64,000 bases of DNA from an uncultured Candidatus Peribacteria bacterium (GCA_964554785.1 CAZKPW010000003.1:98243-162242); one strand, 5' to 3'; positions 26,219 through 35,969 are shown, counted from the first letter of the stretch. A program made the numbers and translations. The notes: a model not told the origin generated them from the sequence alone.

Positions 26219-27853
26219 TTACTTTTCGTCGATTGCCTCCTGGACTCGTTCTGCAAGGCCTGAAATTTCGGTAGCCATCGTTTCCAGGTCCTGATCTTGC
26301 AGGTTGTCAGCCCGCTTTTCAAGATTTTTGAATTCCTGTTTCAAACTTGCAGCCTGCTGTGCGAGTTGTTCGAGTGCTGCAATTCGATTTTGAACGGTGA
26401 CGGCAGATTCACTCCATTCAGACACTTTGTCTTCCGTGACTTCGCGCTCCATTCCATCGAGAACTTCTGAAATGTCTTTGTCCAGTTCATCGATAGCACT
26501 TGCCATATCAGCAAGTGAACCGCTCGTGCCCCCATTCACTCTCTCGATTCGCCGATTGAGAATTGGCAGACTCTTTTTGACTTCTGACACTCGAGGTAGC
26601 AATGCTTCGAGAGCTGTGATTCTCGTTTCAAAATCAGTCACATTGTTTTCCCACCCCTTGAGATCATCTTCGTCTACCGCACCTTCAACCTCCTCCAGCT
26701 CTGTTTCCAGTGCATTCCTGTCGTTGACAACGGCTTCGGTCACTTCCGCCAATGTGTCATCATCAACTCCATTCGCATTTTCCAATCGAGTGGTTAGCGC
26801 CGAAATTTTTGTCTGGAGCACGAGAACACGCGGAAGCGTTGTTTCGATGGTCGCAATCCTTGTCTCGAAATCATTCACGTCCGTTTCCCATGAATCCAGG
26901 TCGGAATCTCCAAAGGCGTCTTCGATATCACCCAGAGCAGATTCCAATTCCTTTTTTGCTGTTCCAAGGTTTTCGATTTGTTGGATTAAAGTCGATTCAT
27001 CATCGTCGGATTCCTCCTCTTCATCTTCGTCCTCTTCGCCTTCCTCCTCTTCATCTTCGTCCTCTTCGCCTTCTTCTTCATCTGGATCAACTTCTTGGCG
27101 ACGCGCATCCAGCGCATTCAGCGCTTGCTTCAGCGCAATGACGCGCGATGGCAATGTTTCTAGGGCTTCGATGCGCACTCTGAGACTTGTAAGATCCGTT
27201 TCCATGGATTCAACGGTTCCAGTTGGATCGTCTTCTTCCAGTTCGTCAAGATTACTTCCGAGTTCCTCATGAGCTGTTGTCACTTCTTGTAGACTAGCTG
27301 CAAGGACTCCTTTCCTTTTTTGAACTGCATCGTAGCGTCGCTTCGCTTCGCTTAATGCTGTGCTGAGGGCGCTGAGCTGGTTGGACAATTTTTCATCGTC
27401 TGTTTGAGCTTCTTCCAACTGGGCAACACGAGCTGTTGTCTGTTTCAGCTCTTGCTCCAGTTGGGTGATGCCGTCACGGAGAGTTTCTCCTTTCTTCGGC
27501 TGCATCTTCGTGTCCAACTCTTTGCCTGCTTCTCCCATGAATCGGAGAATGGCTTTGGCTGTCTCCATTTCTCTCCTTTCTTGCGACAGCCGATTTCGGA
27601 GCTTGCCTGCTTGACTCTGAGATCGGCAGGCCGAAATGAAAAAGAGAAGTGGCAAGACAATTGCCAGAATGCCCGAATAGACTTCGTACCTGACCGCCTT
27701 CTCTGATACGAGAGGGATTTGCATCACTTCAATCGTTTTGAGATTGATTGACGCCGTCAGTTCCTCGATCTTTTCCGGGTGATCATGTGCCACCGCAAAT
27801 ACGGCAACACTGGCCAACCAAACACACACCAATAGGGTCCACATTGTTTTCAT
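26219..27853 (-). CDS. Membrane-anchored acidic coiled-coil repeat protein
   Basis: 544 aa. Signal/TM, a second TM, then four ~90-aa modules sharing E(T/N)(D/N)V(T/N)DFETRI(A/T)..E(T/A)LLPRV.., and a poly-acidic tract DPDEEEGEEDEDEEEEGEEDEDEEEESDDDE. Confidence 0.75.
   Translation of the reverse strand: MKTMWTLLVCVWLASVAVFAVAHDHPEKIEELTASINLKTIEVMQIPLVSEKAVRYEVYSGILAIVLPLLFFISACRSQSQAGKLRNRLSQERREMETAKAILRFMGEAGKELDTKMQPKKGETLRDGITQLEQELKQTTARVAQLEEAQTDDEKLSNQLSALSTALSEAKRRYDAVQKRKGVLAASLQEVTTAHEELGSNLDELEEDDPTGTVESMETDLTSLRVRIEALETLPSRVIALKQALNALDARRQEVDPDEEEGEEDEDEEEEGEEDEDEEEESDDDESTLIQQIENLGTAKKELESALGDIEDAFGDSDLDSWETDVNDFETRIATIETTLPRVLVLQTKISALTTRLENANGVDDDTLAEVTEAVVNDRNALETELEEVEGAVDEDDLKGWENNVTDFETRITALEALLPRVSEVKKSLPILNRRIERVNGGTSGSLADMASAIDELDKDISEVLDGMEREVTEDKVSEWSESAVTVQNRIAALEQLAQQAASLKQEFKNLEKRADNLQDQDLETMATEISGLAERVQEAIDEK
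27011..27070. repeat. Perfect 2 x 30-nt tandem duplication inside the coiled-coil gene
   Basis: ttcctcctcttcatcttcgtcctcttcgcc occurs at 27011-27040 and again at 27041-27070. It encodes the duplicated GEEDEDEEEE block. Confidence 0.9.
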
Positions 27854-27981
27854 CGAACGTTCCTTCCAAGGTAAGTGCCAATGGTTTCAAGAAACAGAAA
27901 CCTTAATACTATCATCAACTATTTTAATTATTAGTCAATACATGGTTTGGGGCATTTCATCCCTCTGCTACACTGGCGTTC

Positions 27982-29028
27982 GTGGCTCTGAATCGTCTCC
28001 CGCGGCAAGTTCCCATTCTGCAACCGACAGCGGTTCCTGCAGATGTGGCAGATGTGGTGGAGCAAACACTTCGTCCTAAAATTCTGAGCGATTACGTGGG
28101 GCAGAGCAAAATTAAAGAGCATTTGATGATTCATATAGAAGCAGCCCGCAAGCGCAAAGAGCCTCTTGGTCATACGCTTTTGCATGGACCTCCAGGTCTT
28201 GGAAAAACAACACTCGCGCACATTATCGCGCAGGAAATGCAGGCACAGGTGCGCGTGACCAGCGGCCCCGCCATCGAGAAACCGGGGGATCTGGCCTCAC
28301 TCCTTACGAATCTTACAGAAGGGGATGTGCTCTTTATAGATGAAATCCACCGTCTGCGTCCTGCTATTGAGGAAGTTCTGTATGGCGCGATGGAAGATTG
28401 CGTGCTCGATATTATGATTGGCAAAGGTCCGACAGCACGCTCGGTACGCCTGACTATTAAACCATTCACACTTGTGGGTGCCACCACAAAAGCGGGTGCC
28501 GTCAGCGCACCGCTCCGGGATCGATTCCTGCATAACTTCAAACTCGGTTTTTACGATCGCAAAGAAATGCAGAGCATTGTCGAACGTTCCGCAACCATTC
28601 TCGGCATTGCGATGGAAGGACTCGCGGCACATAGAATCGCATCTGCAAGCCGCGCCACACCGCGCATTGGAAACCGTTTGATTCGTGCCGTGCGTGATTT
28701 TGCACAAGTGCGTGATGAAGAAATTATTAACTTAGCCTGTGTCGAAAAAACGTTGTCTTCACTCGACATTGATGATGAAGGACTCGATGCTACGGACCGC
28801 GCATTACTTGCAACGATTGTGGATGCATTTGCCGGTGGACCGGTTGGACTCTCGACACTCGCAGCCATTCTTGCCGAAGAAGAGGAGACGCTCGAAGACG
28901 TGTATGAACCATACTTGATGCAGCAGGGATATTTGCAGCGCACGCCAAAGGGTCGCATGGCTACGAAGAAGACATATGAAAGACTCGGCAAGGAACCGCC
29001 GGAGGGGGCGCAGATGGGGATGTTGTAA
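27982..29028 (+). CDS. ruvB: Holliday junction branch migration helicase RuvB
   Basis: LRPKILSDYVGQSKIKEHL..LLHGPPGLGKTTLAHIIA..LFIDEIHRL..GATT..PLRDRF. GTG start at 27982. Confidence 0.95.
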   Translation: MALNRLPRQVPILQPTAVPADVADVVEQTLRPKILSDYVGQSKIKEHLMIHIEAARKRKEPLGHTLLHGPPGLGKTTLAHIIAQEMQAQVRVTSGPAIEKPGDLASLLTNLTEGDVLFIDEIHRLRPAIEEVLYGAMEDCVLDIMIGKGPTARSVRLTIKPFTLVGATTKAGAVSAPLRDRFLHNFKLGFYDRKEMQSIVERSATILGIAMEGLAAHRIASASRATPRIGNRLIRAVRDFAQVRDEEIINLACVEKTLSSLDIDDEGLDATDRALLATIVDAFAGGPVGLSTLAAILAEEEETLEDVYEPYLMQQGYLQRTPKGRMATKKTYERLGKEPPEGAQMGML

Positions 29029-29175
29029 TAGTTACTAGTTACTAGTTAATAGTTAATAGTTACTAGTTATTGGTTGTTTGTTTGGTGGAAGAAAGATTTT
29101 TTGAAAGAGTGGCATTTGTATATGTATAAAAACAACCAGAAACCAATAACCAGAAACCAGAAACCAGAAACATCG
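29029..29175. repeat. Oligomer-repeat palindromic element, family 1 (second copy, opposite orientation)
   Basis: tagttactagttactagttaatagttaatagttactagttattggtt ... aaccagaaaccaataaccagaaaccagaaaccagaaac. Confidence 0.75.
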
Positions 29176-29415
29176 TCAAATAATCTCCCTTTGTAACCAC
29201 TCCTTTCCCATGGTCCGTTCTACCAATGTACGGCTCCTCATATGACGGCGGGATACTTTATTAATGAACATCCAGTGACCGCGCATGGAATAGGCTGCTT
29301 GGTACGAACCGTCGGCACGGGCAACCATGGTCGGATGTGCGGATGCAAGTGAGGGGAGAGCCAGAAAACCGCTAGCTACAACGCTCAATGCCAATGTCTG
29401 CAGGGTGAATTTCAT
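29176..29415 (-). CDS. Small secreted hypothetical protein
   Basis: 79 aa with a plausible signal peptide MKFTLQTLALSVVASGFLALPSLASA. Confidence 0.4.
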   Translation of the reverse strand: MKFTLQTLALSVVASGFLALPSLASAHPTMVARADGSYQAAYSMRGHWMFINKVSRRHMRSRTLVERTMGKEWLQREII

Positions 29416-29545
29416 CTGTTTTTGAGGTGGGGGATTTCCAGGAAAAGTGAACGTCTTCTGTCCATTGAAAGATTACCTCTGTCGAAATCCTGCACAAGAC
29501 ACCGGCAATTCGTTTGTGGAAACTTGTCTAGCGCAAATTTTGTAC

Positions 29546-30670
29546 TCAGTGACCCTCTTTCATGAGGGCATTTATGCTTGCATGCAATTTTTGTACGAAC
29601 GCAGATTCACGGAACTTCTCTGCCTGCTCATGGCACTTCTGCGTTGAGTATTTTTTTGGATCAAAGTCTTTGAGAATTTGTATTAAAGATTCAGGGGTTT
29701 CTGCATCAAAATACGCTCCCGTTACTCCATCAATCACTGTTTCTGTAATGCCACCTTTGCCATATCCAATGACCGGCGTTCCACACGCCATGGATTCCAA
29801 TGCAACGAGTCCGAAGTCTTCTTCGCCGGGGACAATGGTGGCTTTTGCACTTCTGAATAGATCTTTTATTTCATCACCCTCGCGCCAACCGTAAAACTCA
29901 ATAGTCGGACCGGCTAACTTTTCCAGCCGCGCGCGTTCTGCTCCTTCACCCACGATTTTTAGGTGCACCTTGAGACGGTTACAGGCTTCGATGGCGAGAT
30001 CGATTCTCTTGTAGTTCGCGAGAGTGGAGACAATCAAGAAATAATCCGGATGTTCCATGTTGGGTTTCTGGTTTTTGGTTTCTGGTTTTTGGTTGAACCA
30101 GGAGTCGCTGATGGGGGGATAGATCACTTCACTCTTTCTATCCCAATAGAGTTCGATGCGGCGCTGTACTTCGTTCGATGCGGCAATGAGCATATCCGGA
30201 CGGGGCGCGACTTCTGCGTCCCATTGGCGAAGTTTGTGGAATACGGATTCGAGGTAGAGTTTTTTAATCGTTCCCAGTGGTCCGGTATTTGCTCGCTCTA
30301 CCACATCGTGTGTGCGATCCCACAAGTAACGAGCAGGGGAATGAACGTAACAGAGATGCTTTGGTTTACCGTTTGTGATGATGCCGTGAATGAAGGCGGA
30401 GGAAAAACTGATGACGAGATCGAACTCAGAAAAATCCCAGGCTTCCACTGCTTTCGGGAATTGCTTTAAGTACAGGTGATGGTTGAACCCCTTGGTCGGT
30501 TGAATGGAACTTGTACGGACGCGTTCTTTGGGAAACCATTCGCCCAATTTCTTTTCGTCGTAGAGCAATGTGTAAATAGGCGCGTCCGGAAACATGTCTG
30601 CCACAATGCGCAGAACGCGTTCCGCGCCGCCGCGCATTGTTAATAACTCGTGAACCAAGGCTACTTTCAT
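29546..30670 (-). CDS. Glycosyltransferase family 4 (GT-B, GT1 clan)
   Basis: MKVALVHELLTMRGGAERV.. N-terminus and C-terminal EDFGLVALESMACGTPVI (E-x7-E). The Met at 30670 is preferred. It carries the oligomer insert KPETKNQKPN. Confidence 0.85.
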   Translation of the reverse strand: MKVALVHELLTMRGGAERVLRIVADMFPDAPIYTLLYDEKKLGEWFPKERVRTSSIQPTKGFNHHLYLKQFPKAVEAWDFSEFDLVISFSSAFIHGIITNGKPKHLCYVHSPARYLWDRTHDVVERANTGPLGTIKKLYLESVFHKLRQWDAEVAPRPDMLIAASNEVQRRIELYWDRKSEVIYPPISDSWFNQKPETKNQKPNMEHPDYFLIVSTLANYKRIDLAIEACNRLKVHLKIVGEGAERARLEKLAGPTIEFYGWREGDEIKDLFRSAKATIVPGEEDFGLVALESMACGTPVIGYGKGGITETVIDGVTGAYFDAETPESLIQILKDFDPKKYSTQKCHEQAEKFRESAFVQKLHASINALMKEGH

Positions 30671-30755
30671 GTGGGCAGTGTAGCGATTTCTTTCGTAAAA
30701 CCGAAAGGTAGCGGGAACGATTGATTTTAAGGTTTCACAGGTAGATTCTCTACTT

Positions 30756-31250
30756 ATGACTGAAAAACACAATGATCAGGAGGTCATCGTGGTCGATCCA
30801 CCTCTGCATTCTGAAGAGACGCAGTTATTTTTGAGTGTTCATGGAAAGACATCTGCCGAATTTATAGAGCAGATCATCGGTACAATTTCTGTATTCCAAA
30901 GGCGTTATGCAGAGAAAGTGAGAAAGATACTTGTACGATCACAGGGCGTGCTTTTGCATGTGATTGTGGGATTGGATGAAGGTGAATACGATGACGATCT
31001 TTCTGTCGATGTTACGAATTTGAATTTAGAGATTGAAGATAAAGGATGGCCTGTACAAGCACTTGAGTTCAATTCCGGTGACCTTGCTGTACTTACTGAC
31101 TTCAGTGATACCTGTATACCGTCCGAGGGGGATGAGCTGTTTGAAGCAGAGATGGATATGATGAGGGAAGAGGAAGAGGCGGCAGTGCAAAGGCAAGAAC
31201 CAATTCATGTGGTTTATAATATCCAAGAGGTGTTAGGGAAGTATTTGTGA
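30756..31250 (+). CDS. Acidic hypothetical protein
   Basis: 164-aa ORF, divergent from the GT4 gene. No family recognised. Confidence 0.5.
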   Translation: MTEKHNDQEVIVVDPPLHSEETQLFLSVHGKTSAEFIEQIIGTISVFQRRYAEKVRKILVRSQGVLLHVIVGLDEGEYDDDLSVDVTNLNLEIEDKGWPVQALEFNSGDLAVLTDFSDTCIPSEGDELFEAEMDMMREEEEAAVQRQEPIHVVYNIQEVLGKYL

Positions 31251-31255
31251 CGGTG

Positions 31256-32032
31256 TTACGCAGTGGGTGACTGCACGCTGCGCGCGATTCTTGCTGCAAA
31301 GCTAATAGATACAAAGCGCGTCATAAAAGCGCCGATTCTGTTTTTCAGACCGGGAATGACGAGTGCTTGTCCGCGCATGCATGCATCGAGACCTGTTCGT
31401 ACGACAGTTTCTGCATCCATCACTCCACCTTTAAAAAGTTTCGATCCACCCAAATGCGCATTCTTCGCAAAGCCGGTCTTGGTGGGACCGGGACAGAGGC
31501 ACGTGACTGTTATGCCTGTTCCCTGCAATTCGTTGCTGAGTGCTTCGGAGAAGCTGAGGACATATGCTTTGGTGGCGTAGTAGACCGCCATCAACGGGCC
31601 GGGTTGGAATGCGGCGACCGAGGCGACGTTCAGGATGCGGCCGTGTTTGCGTTCAATCATCTGCGGAAGAATGGCGCGCGTAAGATCTGTGAGCGCACCT
31701 ACATTCACATCGATCATCTGCCGTGTGCGCAGGGGATCTGCATTTTGGAATAATCCGTAATCCCCAAAGCCCGCATTATTGATGAGGAGGTCAACAGGGG
31801 AATGTTGGATGGATGTCATCAAACTGGCGGTTGCATCTGCAATCGAAAGATCGAGTGCAATTGTGTGAGCGGTAATGCTGTGTGCGGTTTGTAATTCTTT
31901 GGCGAGTGTATCGAGCGCGTCTTTGCTGCGGGCAACCAAAATCAGATTCCATTTTTTTGCGGCAAGTTGGCGCGCGCATTCTTCTCCAAGTCCGCTGGAG
32001 GCTCCGGTAATGAGGGCGGTCTGTGTGGTTAT
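31256..32032 (-). CDS. Short-chain dehydrogenase/reductase (SDR); start codon unresolved
   Basis: TALITGASSGLG.., NNAG, S..YxxxK (YYATKAY). No ATG/GTG/TTG lies in frame near the Rossmann motif. The only Met (32386) adds ~118 implausible residues. Confidence 0.75.
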   Translation of the reverse strand: MTTQTALITGASSGLGEECARQLAAKKWNLILVARSKDALDTLAKELQTAHSITAHTIALDLSIADATASLMTSIQHSPVDLLINNAGFGDYGLFQNADPLRTRQMIDVNVGALTDLTRAILPQMIERKHGRILNVASVAAFQPGPLMAVYYATKAYVLSFSEALSNELQGTGITVTCLCPGPTKTGFAKNAHLGGSKLFKGGVMDAETVVRTGLDACMRGQALVIPGLKNRIGAFMTRFVSISFAARIARSVQSPTA

Positions 32033-32255
32033 GGACTGACTATAGAGCGCAGAGCCGCCCTCGAACAGCGTGCTTAACGAAGGATGAAGTAGAGGAGCCC
32101 CCAGCCTGTTCCGAAGACTGCGGCAATAAGAATGGCCATCATAAGGCGTCCCATAAGAATGAGGGGGAAGGATTACGGCTCTATGACGCGTACACTCGAA
32201 TAAATTTACGAGAGAAGGAGGGACTTTTTGTCTGTTTTCTGCTATAATATGTACT

Positions 32256-32654
32256 ATGGTGAATGACAGTTTAGGAAGAATGCCCGGCGATGAACCGACA
32301 GAATATCCAAAGCTGGATTCAATTGATGCTGTAGATAATATCGCCAATGAAACCGGAAAGAAGATCGATGCGTTTTCTCTCACCAAAGATCAGTTGAAGT
32401 TGCAGGAACTGCGCGAGCGAGGCGAGCTTGCGCCGCATGATTTTGATTTGAATGAACTCTATCAGTTTATAGAAAACCGCATTCCGCTGACTGCAGCATT
32501 GTTGGGGAAACAGGCAGTTGTTTTAACACGCGGACAGTTTGAGCAGCTTGGCGGGTATTTGGATATTACGCTGCCGGGCGGAGAAGAGATTTGTGTGGAA
32601 GCGGAAAGCATGAACGAACCGATCCTGATTATTTTTCCGGGTGATCTTGGATAA
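32256..32654 (+). CDS. Hypothetical protein
   Basis: 132-aa ORF with protein-like composition. A TATAAT-like box lies just upstream. Confidence 0.5.
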   Translation: MVNDSLGRMPGDEPTEYPKLDSIDAVDNIANETGKKIDAFSLTKDQLKLQELRERGELAPHDFDLNELYQFIENRIPLTAALLGKQAVVLTRGQFEQLGGYLDITLPGGEEICVEAESMNEPILIIFPGDLG

Positions 32655-32883
32655 GGATTTCTTTTTTCTCCTTGCTCCACTTCTTTACTTCCGCCTCTCT
32701 TTTGCGCGCTTCGCTCAGTGTTTCAAATTCTTCCGTATAGATAATTTTGACCGGTCCGTGGCTCCGCGTGTATTTGGCTCCCGTGCCGTCATTGTGCTTG
32801 GCTTCGCGCTCGGCAACATCGATGCACGTTCCCGCATAGAGTGAGTCGTCATTGCAGCGGGCGAGGTAGAAGTAGTGAGGCAT
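32629..32883 (-). CDS. GIY-YIG nuclease-family protein (UPF0213-like)
   Basis: YFYLARCNDDSLYAGTCIDVAEREAKHNDGTGAKYTRSHGPVKIIYTEEFETLSEARKREAEVKKW. Confidence 0.85.
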   Translation of the reverse strand: MPHYFYLARCNDDSLYAGTCIDVAEREAKHNDGTGAKYTRSHGPVKIIYTEEFETLSEARKREAEVKKWSKEKKEILIQDHPEK

Positions 32884-32886
32884 GTC

Positions 32887-33486
32887 TTATTTTTTGCGGT
32901 TGAACAATGCAATGAGCGTGACAGTCATAACGCTTCCTACCAAGTTCGCGACTAAATCCCATCCTGTATTTACATATCCTCCCACATTCGTTCCCGGAAT
33001 AAGAAGTGTTGCTGCAAATTCGATAATTTCATTGAACGCACCCAGCCCCATACCTGCAAATGCACAGAGCGTGAGTACGCCGACTGTCGGTTGGATTTTT
33101 GGATAGCCACCTTTGAGCGCTTCCCAGCATACCCATGTGGCCACTGCAAATCCGTATGCGTGCGTGGGGTTATCGTATTTTAAGTATCCCGGAATAATCC
33201 ACCAGCTATAGAGCACGGCGTGTTCGCCGGCGTGTGGCCAGCTCTCCGGAATTTCCAGCAGTCCTCCCAGCATATGCATGAGCCCCCAGATACTGAGTGC
33301 CCAGAGTAACCCTTGAGAGAAGTGTACTTTGCGATCAATAAGAACAATGATGATTGCAAACAGAATCACAATGCCGATGTAAAAGAGGAATTCGGTATTG
33401 TGATGTGCCAGTGCGAACGGGGTCGCAACAAGCATGTACAGCGCAGTAAAAATTCCAACGGGTAGAAGGCGATGAGAAAAAGTCAT
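32887..33486 (-). CDS. Polytopic membrane protein (DUF2238-like, tentative)
   Basis: 199 aa, about 6 TM helices. The family call comes from overall pattern only. Confidence 0.6.
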   Translation of the reverse strand: MTFSHRLLPVGIFTALYMLVATPFALAHHNTEFLFYIGIVILFAIIIVLIDRKVHFSQGLLWALSIWGLMHMLGGLLEIPESWPHAGEHAVLYSWWIIPGYLKYDNPTHAYGFAVATWVCWEALKGGYPKIQPTVGVLTLCAFAGMGLGAFNEIIEFAATLLIPGTNVGGYVNTGWDLVANLVGSVMTVTLIALFNRKK

Positions 33487-33528
33487 GCATGCAGTGTATC
33501 AAACCGGAGAACTTGTTACACTCGTTCC

Positions 33529-34089
33529 ATGAAACACATTCTCCTATCCCTTCTTTTCCTTTTGGTACTGACTGCGTGTGGCGCAACGTCGCCCGTTGCA
33601 GTGGATACTGAAGACAGTTCTTCTTCCGTTCTATCTGTGGACGCATGGAACATGCTGCACGATGCAGCCTTCCCCGAAGGTTGGAAGGCGATTCCCGGAG
33701 ATTGCGGATCCAGGATGGCTTGTTTTTATTCGCCTCTTACATACACCGGTGCAAATGAGCCGATCGATCATGATGTATTCTACGCACACCCCACGCAGCC
33801 CGATCAATGTACTGAAGAGTTTGCCAAGGCACAGTCCATGATGGATGGTGGCAAAGACACATCAAAACCATTCGTGATGTTTGAATCAGCCATTGGTTAC
33901 ACATGGACAGGTTATGCCGGAGCGGGAGCGCAACCCGGAGATGCGCCTACGACACGATTTGTCTGTTTGCATCATCCTACAACGGGATTCGATATCCTGA
34001 TTTCTTCCTACATTGCCGATACGAAAACAACGACGTATTTGGATACGCTGTTTATTCCGTTCTGGTTACATTTGTTTATAACCGAGTAA
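33529..34089 (+). CDS. Lipoprotein, unknown function
   Basis: MKHILLSLLFLLVLTACGA lipobox. The internal Met at 33529 is preferred. Confidence 0.6.
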   Translation: MKHILLSLLFLLVLTACGATSPVAVDTEDSSSSVLSVDAWNMLHDAAFPEGWKAIPGDCGSRMACFYSPLTYTGANEPIDHDVFYAHPTQPDQCTEEFAKAQSMMDGGKDTSKPFVMFESAIGYTWTGYAGAGAQPGDAPTTRFVCLHHPTTGFDILISSYIADTKTTTYLDTLFIPFWLHLFITE

Positions 34090-34183
34090 GGTGGTGGACG
34101 TGTGAGTGTTTATAAAAGAGGCATGGGAGGCCTTTTACAAGCATTGAAGTCATGGGGTCATATCACTATAGTGTCTCGGCTAT

Positions 34184-34259
34184 GGGTCGATAGCTCAGCT
34201 GGTAGAGCAGTGCCCTTTTAAGGCATTGGCCGCGGGTTCGAATCCCGCTCGACCCACCA
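34184..34259 (+). tRNA. tRNA-Lys (anticodon UUU), CCA encoded
   Basis: GGGTCGA/TCGACCC acceptor, GTGCC-CTTTTAA-GGCAT, GGTTCGAATCC, ACCA end. Confidence 0.9.
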
Positions 34260-34281
34260 CATATCATTTTGTAGAGCATGC

Positions 34282-35046
34282 ATGATTGATTCACATTGCC
34301 ATCTGGCCGATCCTCAATTTGCGGATGATCTCGACGCTGTTTTGGAACGGGCGAAAGAAGCGGGAGTCACGCAGATGATCACCATTGCAGACTCCCTAGA
34401 CGAGTCGAATAAGTGTCTGGAGATTGCGACAAAGTATGAACATATTTTTTGTACATCAGGCATTCACCCGCATCATGCAAAAGATTGGAAAAAAGGATAT
34501 GGGGAGAAGTTAAAAACGCTTATTGGATCATCCAAAAAAATGAAGGCGGTAGGGGAGATCGGGCTGGATTATCATTATGATTATTCCCCTCGGGGCATTC
34601 AGCAGGGCGTCTTTCTGGAACAGCTTACGTTGTCCAAGGAATTGTCGCTTCCTGCCGTGGTGCATTGCAGAGAAGCCGTTGCCGATATCCGCTTAATGGT
34701 GGAAGAAGTCGAGCCTCTGCAGATTGTCATTCATTGCTGCAGTGAAAAATGGGAGGATATTTCGTGGGCGGTTGATTTGGGGCACTTCTTATCTTTTACG
34801 GGTATTGCAACCTATCCCGCATCGCACGATGTTCGTGAGACCATCAAACAGTGTCCGCTCAAGCAAATAATGATTGAAACCGACAGTCCGTATTTGGCGC
34901 CTGTGCCACATCGGGGCAAAAGAAATGAACCGGCGTATGTTGCGGAAGTGCTCAAGTGCATTGCAGAAATTAAGGGCATATCGGTAGAAGAAGCGGATCG
35001 CGCGACTACGCAAAATACGGTAGAGTTTTTTGGATTATTGTCCTGA
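34282..35046 (+). CDS. TatD-family metal-dependent hydrolase/DNase
   Basis: MIDSHCHL..GIHPHH..AVGEIGLDYHY..VVHCREA..ETDSPYLAPVPHRGKRNEP. Confidence 0.9.
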   Translation: MIDSHCHLADPQFADDLDAVLERAKEAGVTQMITIADSLDESNKCLEIATKYEHIFCTSGIHPHHAKDWKKGYGEKLKTLIGSSKKMKAVGEIGLDYHYDYSPRGIQQGVFLEQLTLSKELSLPAVVHCREAVADIRLMVEEVEPLQIVIHCCSEKWEDISWAVDLGHFLSFTGIATYPASHDVRETIKQCPLKQIMIETDSPYLAPVPHRGKRNEPAYVAEVLKCIAEIKGISVEEADRATTQNTVEFFGLLS

Positions 35047-35140
35047 GGGTTACGGATGCTTTATGTGGTAACTAAGGTTTCTCGATTTATTTTTTTACCC
35101 TAGTTTTTGTTGTATTAGTGTCAAAAATGACATCTATTTC

Positions 35141-35560
35141 TTAGTTATTTGGCATGGTATCGATTGTTTCGGAGAACCTCAATAAATATCCATCAGGGTC
35201 CTGAATGACAAACTGTCGACACGCGACAGTGTCTTCGGCACGTCGATACTTTTTTTCTTCAAGTGGTGCAAAGAAAACCTGATGTGCATGCCTGAGTTTT
35301 TCAAATAATTCTGAAACGTGAGTGGTGATGAATTGCATATTGATGCCGCGGCCAAAAGGGCGCTGTAAATCACCAGTAAGCCACTGTTTGTCGGCACCTA
35401 TTTCCTCAAGCATAAGCTGAGCGCCGTCTCGGGCAAGAAAGCAAAATTTTGCCTCAGGGCGTTCATAGAGAATTGAAAAGCCAAGTTGATCAGTATAAAA
35501 ATGAAGTGATTCGATAAAGGAAGAGCAATAAAGAACTGGCACAAGAGGGTTCTGTTTCAT
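35141..35560 (-). CDS. Glyoxalase/bleomycin-resistance (VOC) family protein
   Basis: VPVLYCSSFIESLHFYTDQLGF..LMLEE..FVIQDPDGYLLRF. The Met at 35560 is used because the longer ORF runs over tRNA-Arg. Confidence 0.8.
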   Translation of the reverse strand: MKQNPLVPVLYCSSFIESLHFYTDQLGFSILYERPEAKFCFLARDGAQLMLEEIGADKQWLTGDLQRPFGRGINMQFITTHVSELFEKLRHAHQVFFAPLEEKKYRRAEDTVACRQFVIQDPDGYLLRFSETIDTMPNN

Positions 35561-35580
35561 AGATGAATAGTAGTAAACAA

Positions 35581-35655
35581 TGGTGCCCCCGACAGGAATT
35601 GAACCTGTATTTCCAGCTTCGGAGGCCAGCGGTCTATCCGTTAACCTACGGGGGC
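35581..35655 (-). tRNA. tRNA-Arg (anticodon CCG), CCA encoded
   Basis: GCCCCCG/CGGGGGC acceptor, CTGGC-CTCCGAA-GCTGG, ACAGG-TTCAATT-CCTGT, ACCA. Confidence 0.85.
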
Positions 35656-35756
35656 GCGGGTCGAATCTTATCGAAATTGGCTTTAGAAAGACATGGGAGG
35701 TAATTTTGTTGCGATTGGTTTGAAAACTGCGTAGGATGGCCAAGCTTTCGAAATAA

Positions 35757-35833
35757 GCGGATGTAGCTCAATTGGCTAGAGCGACGCCTTGCCATGGCGT
35801 AGGTCGCGAGTTCGAGTCTCGTCATCCGCTCCA
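35757..35833 (+). tRNA. tRNA-Gly (anticodon GCC), CCA encoded
   Basis: GCGGATG/CATCCGC, ACGCC-TTGCCAT-GGCGT, GCGAG-TTCGAGT-CTCGT, TCCA. Confidence 0.9.
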
Positions 35834-35895
35834 CATTAAAATAAGCTCATTCACACAAAAATCCTTAACCTTTACCTTAACCTCGACCTAATAGC

Positions 35896-35969
35896 GCGGG
35901 ATTAGTACAGTGGTAGTACGTGAGCTTCCCAAGCTTAAAATGCGGGTTCGATTCCCGTATCCCGCTCCA
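35896..35969 (+). tRNA. tRNA-Gly (anticodon CCC), CCA encoded
   Basis: GCGGGAT/ATCCCGC, TGAGC-TTCCCAA-GCTTA, GGTTCGATTCC, TCCA. Confidence 0.9.

Noticed and set aside
25996-26274. 92-aa plus-strand ORF
   Set aside because: It reads through a strong minus-strand terminator hairpin and into the 3' end of the coiled-coil gene.
26397-27272. 291-aa Ser-rich plus-strand ORF
   Set aside because: It is the antisense reading of the GAA/GAG-rich acidic coiled-coil gene. The poly-Ser is the complement of poly-Glu codons.
35561-35743. N-terminal extension of the VOC-family ORF (track start 35743)
   Set aside because: The extension runs across the minus-strand tRNA-Arg gene. The domain begins at the internal Met at 35560.
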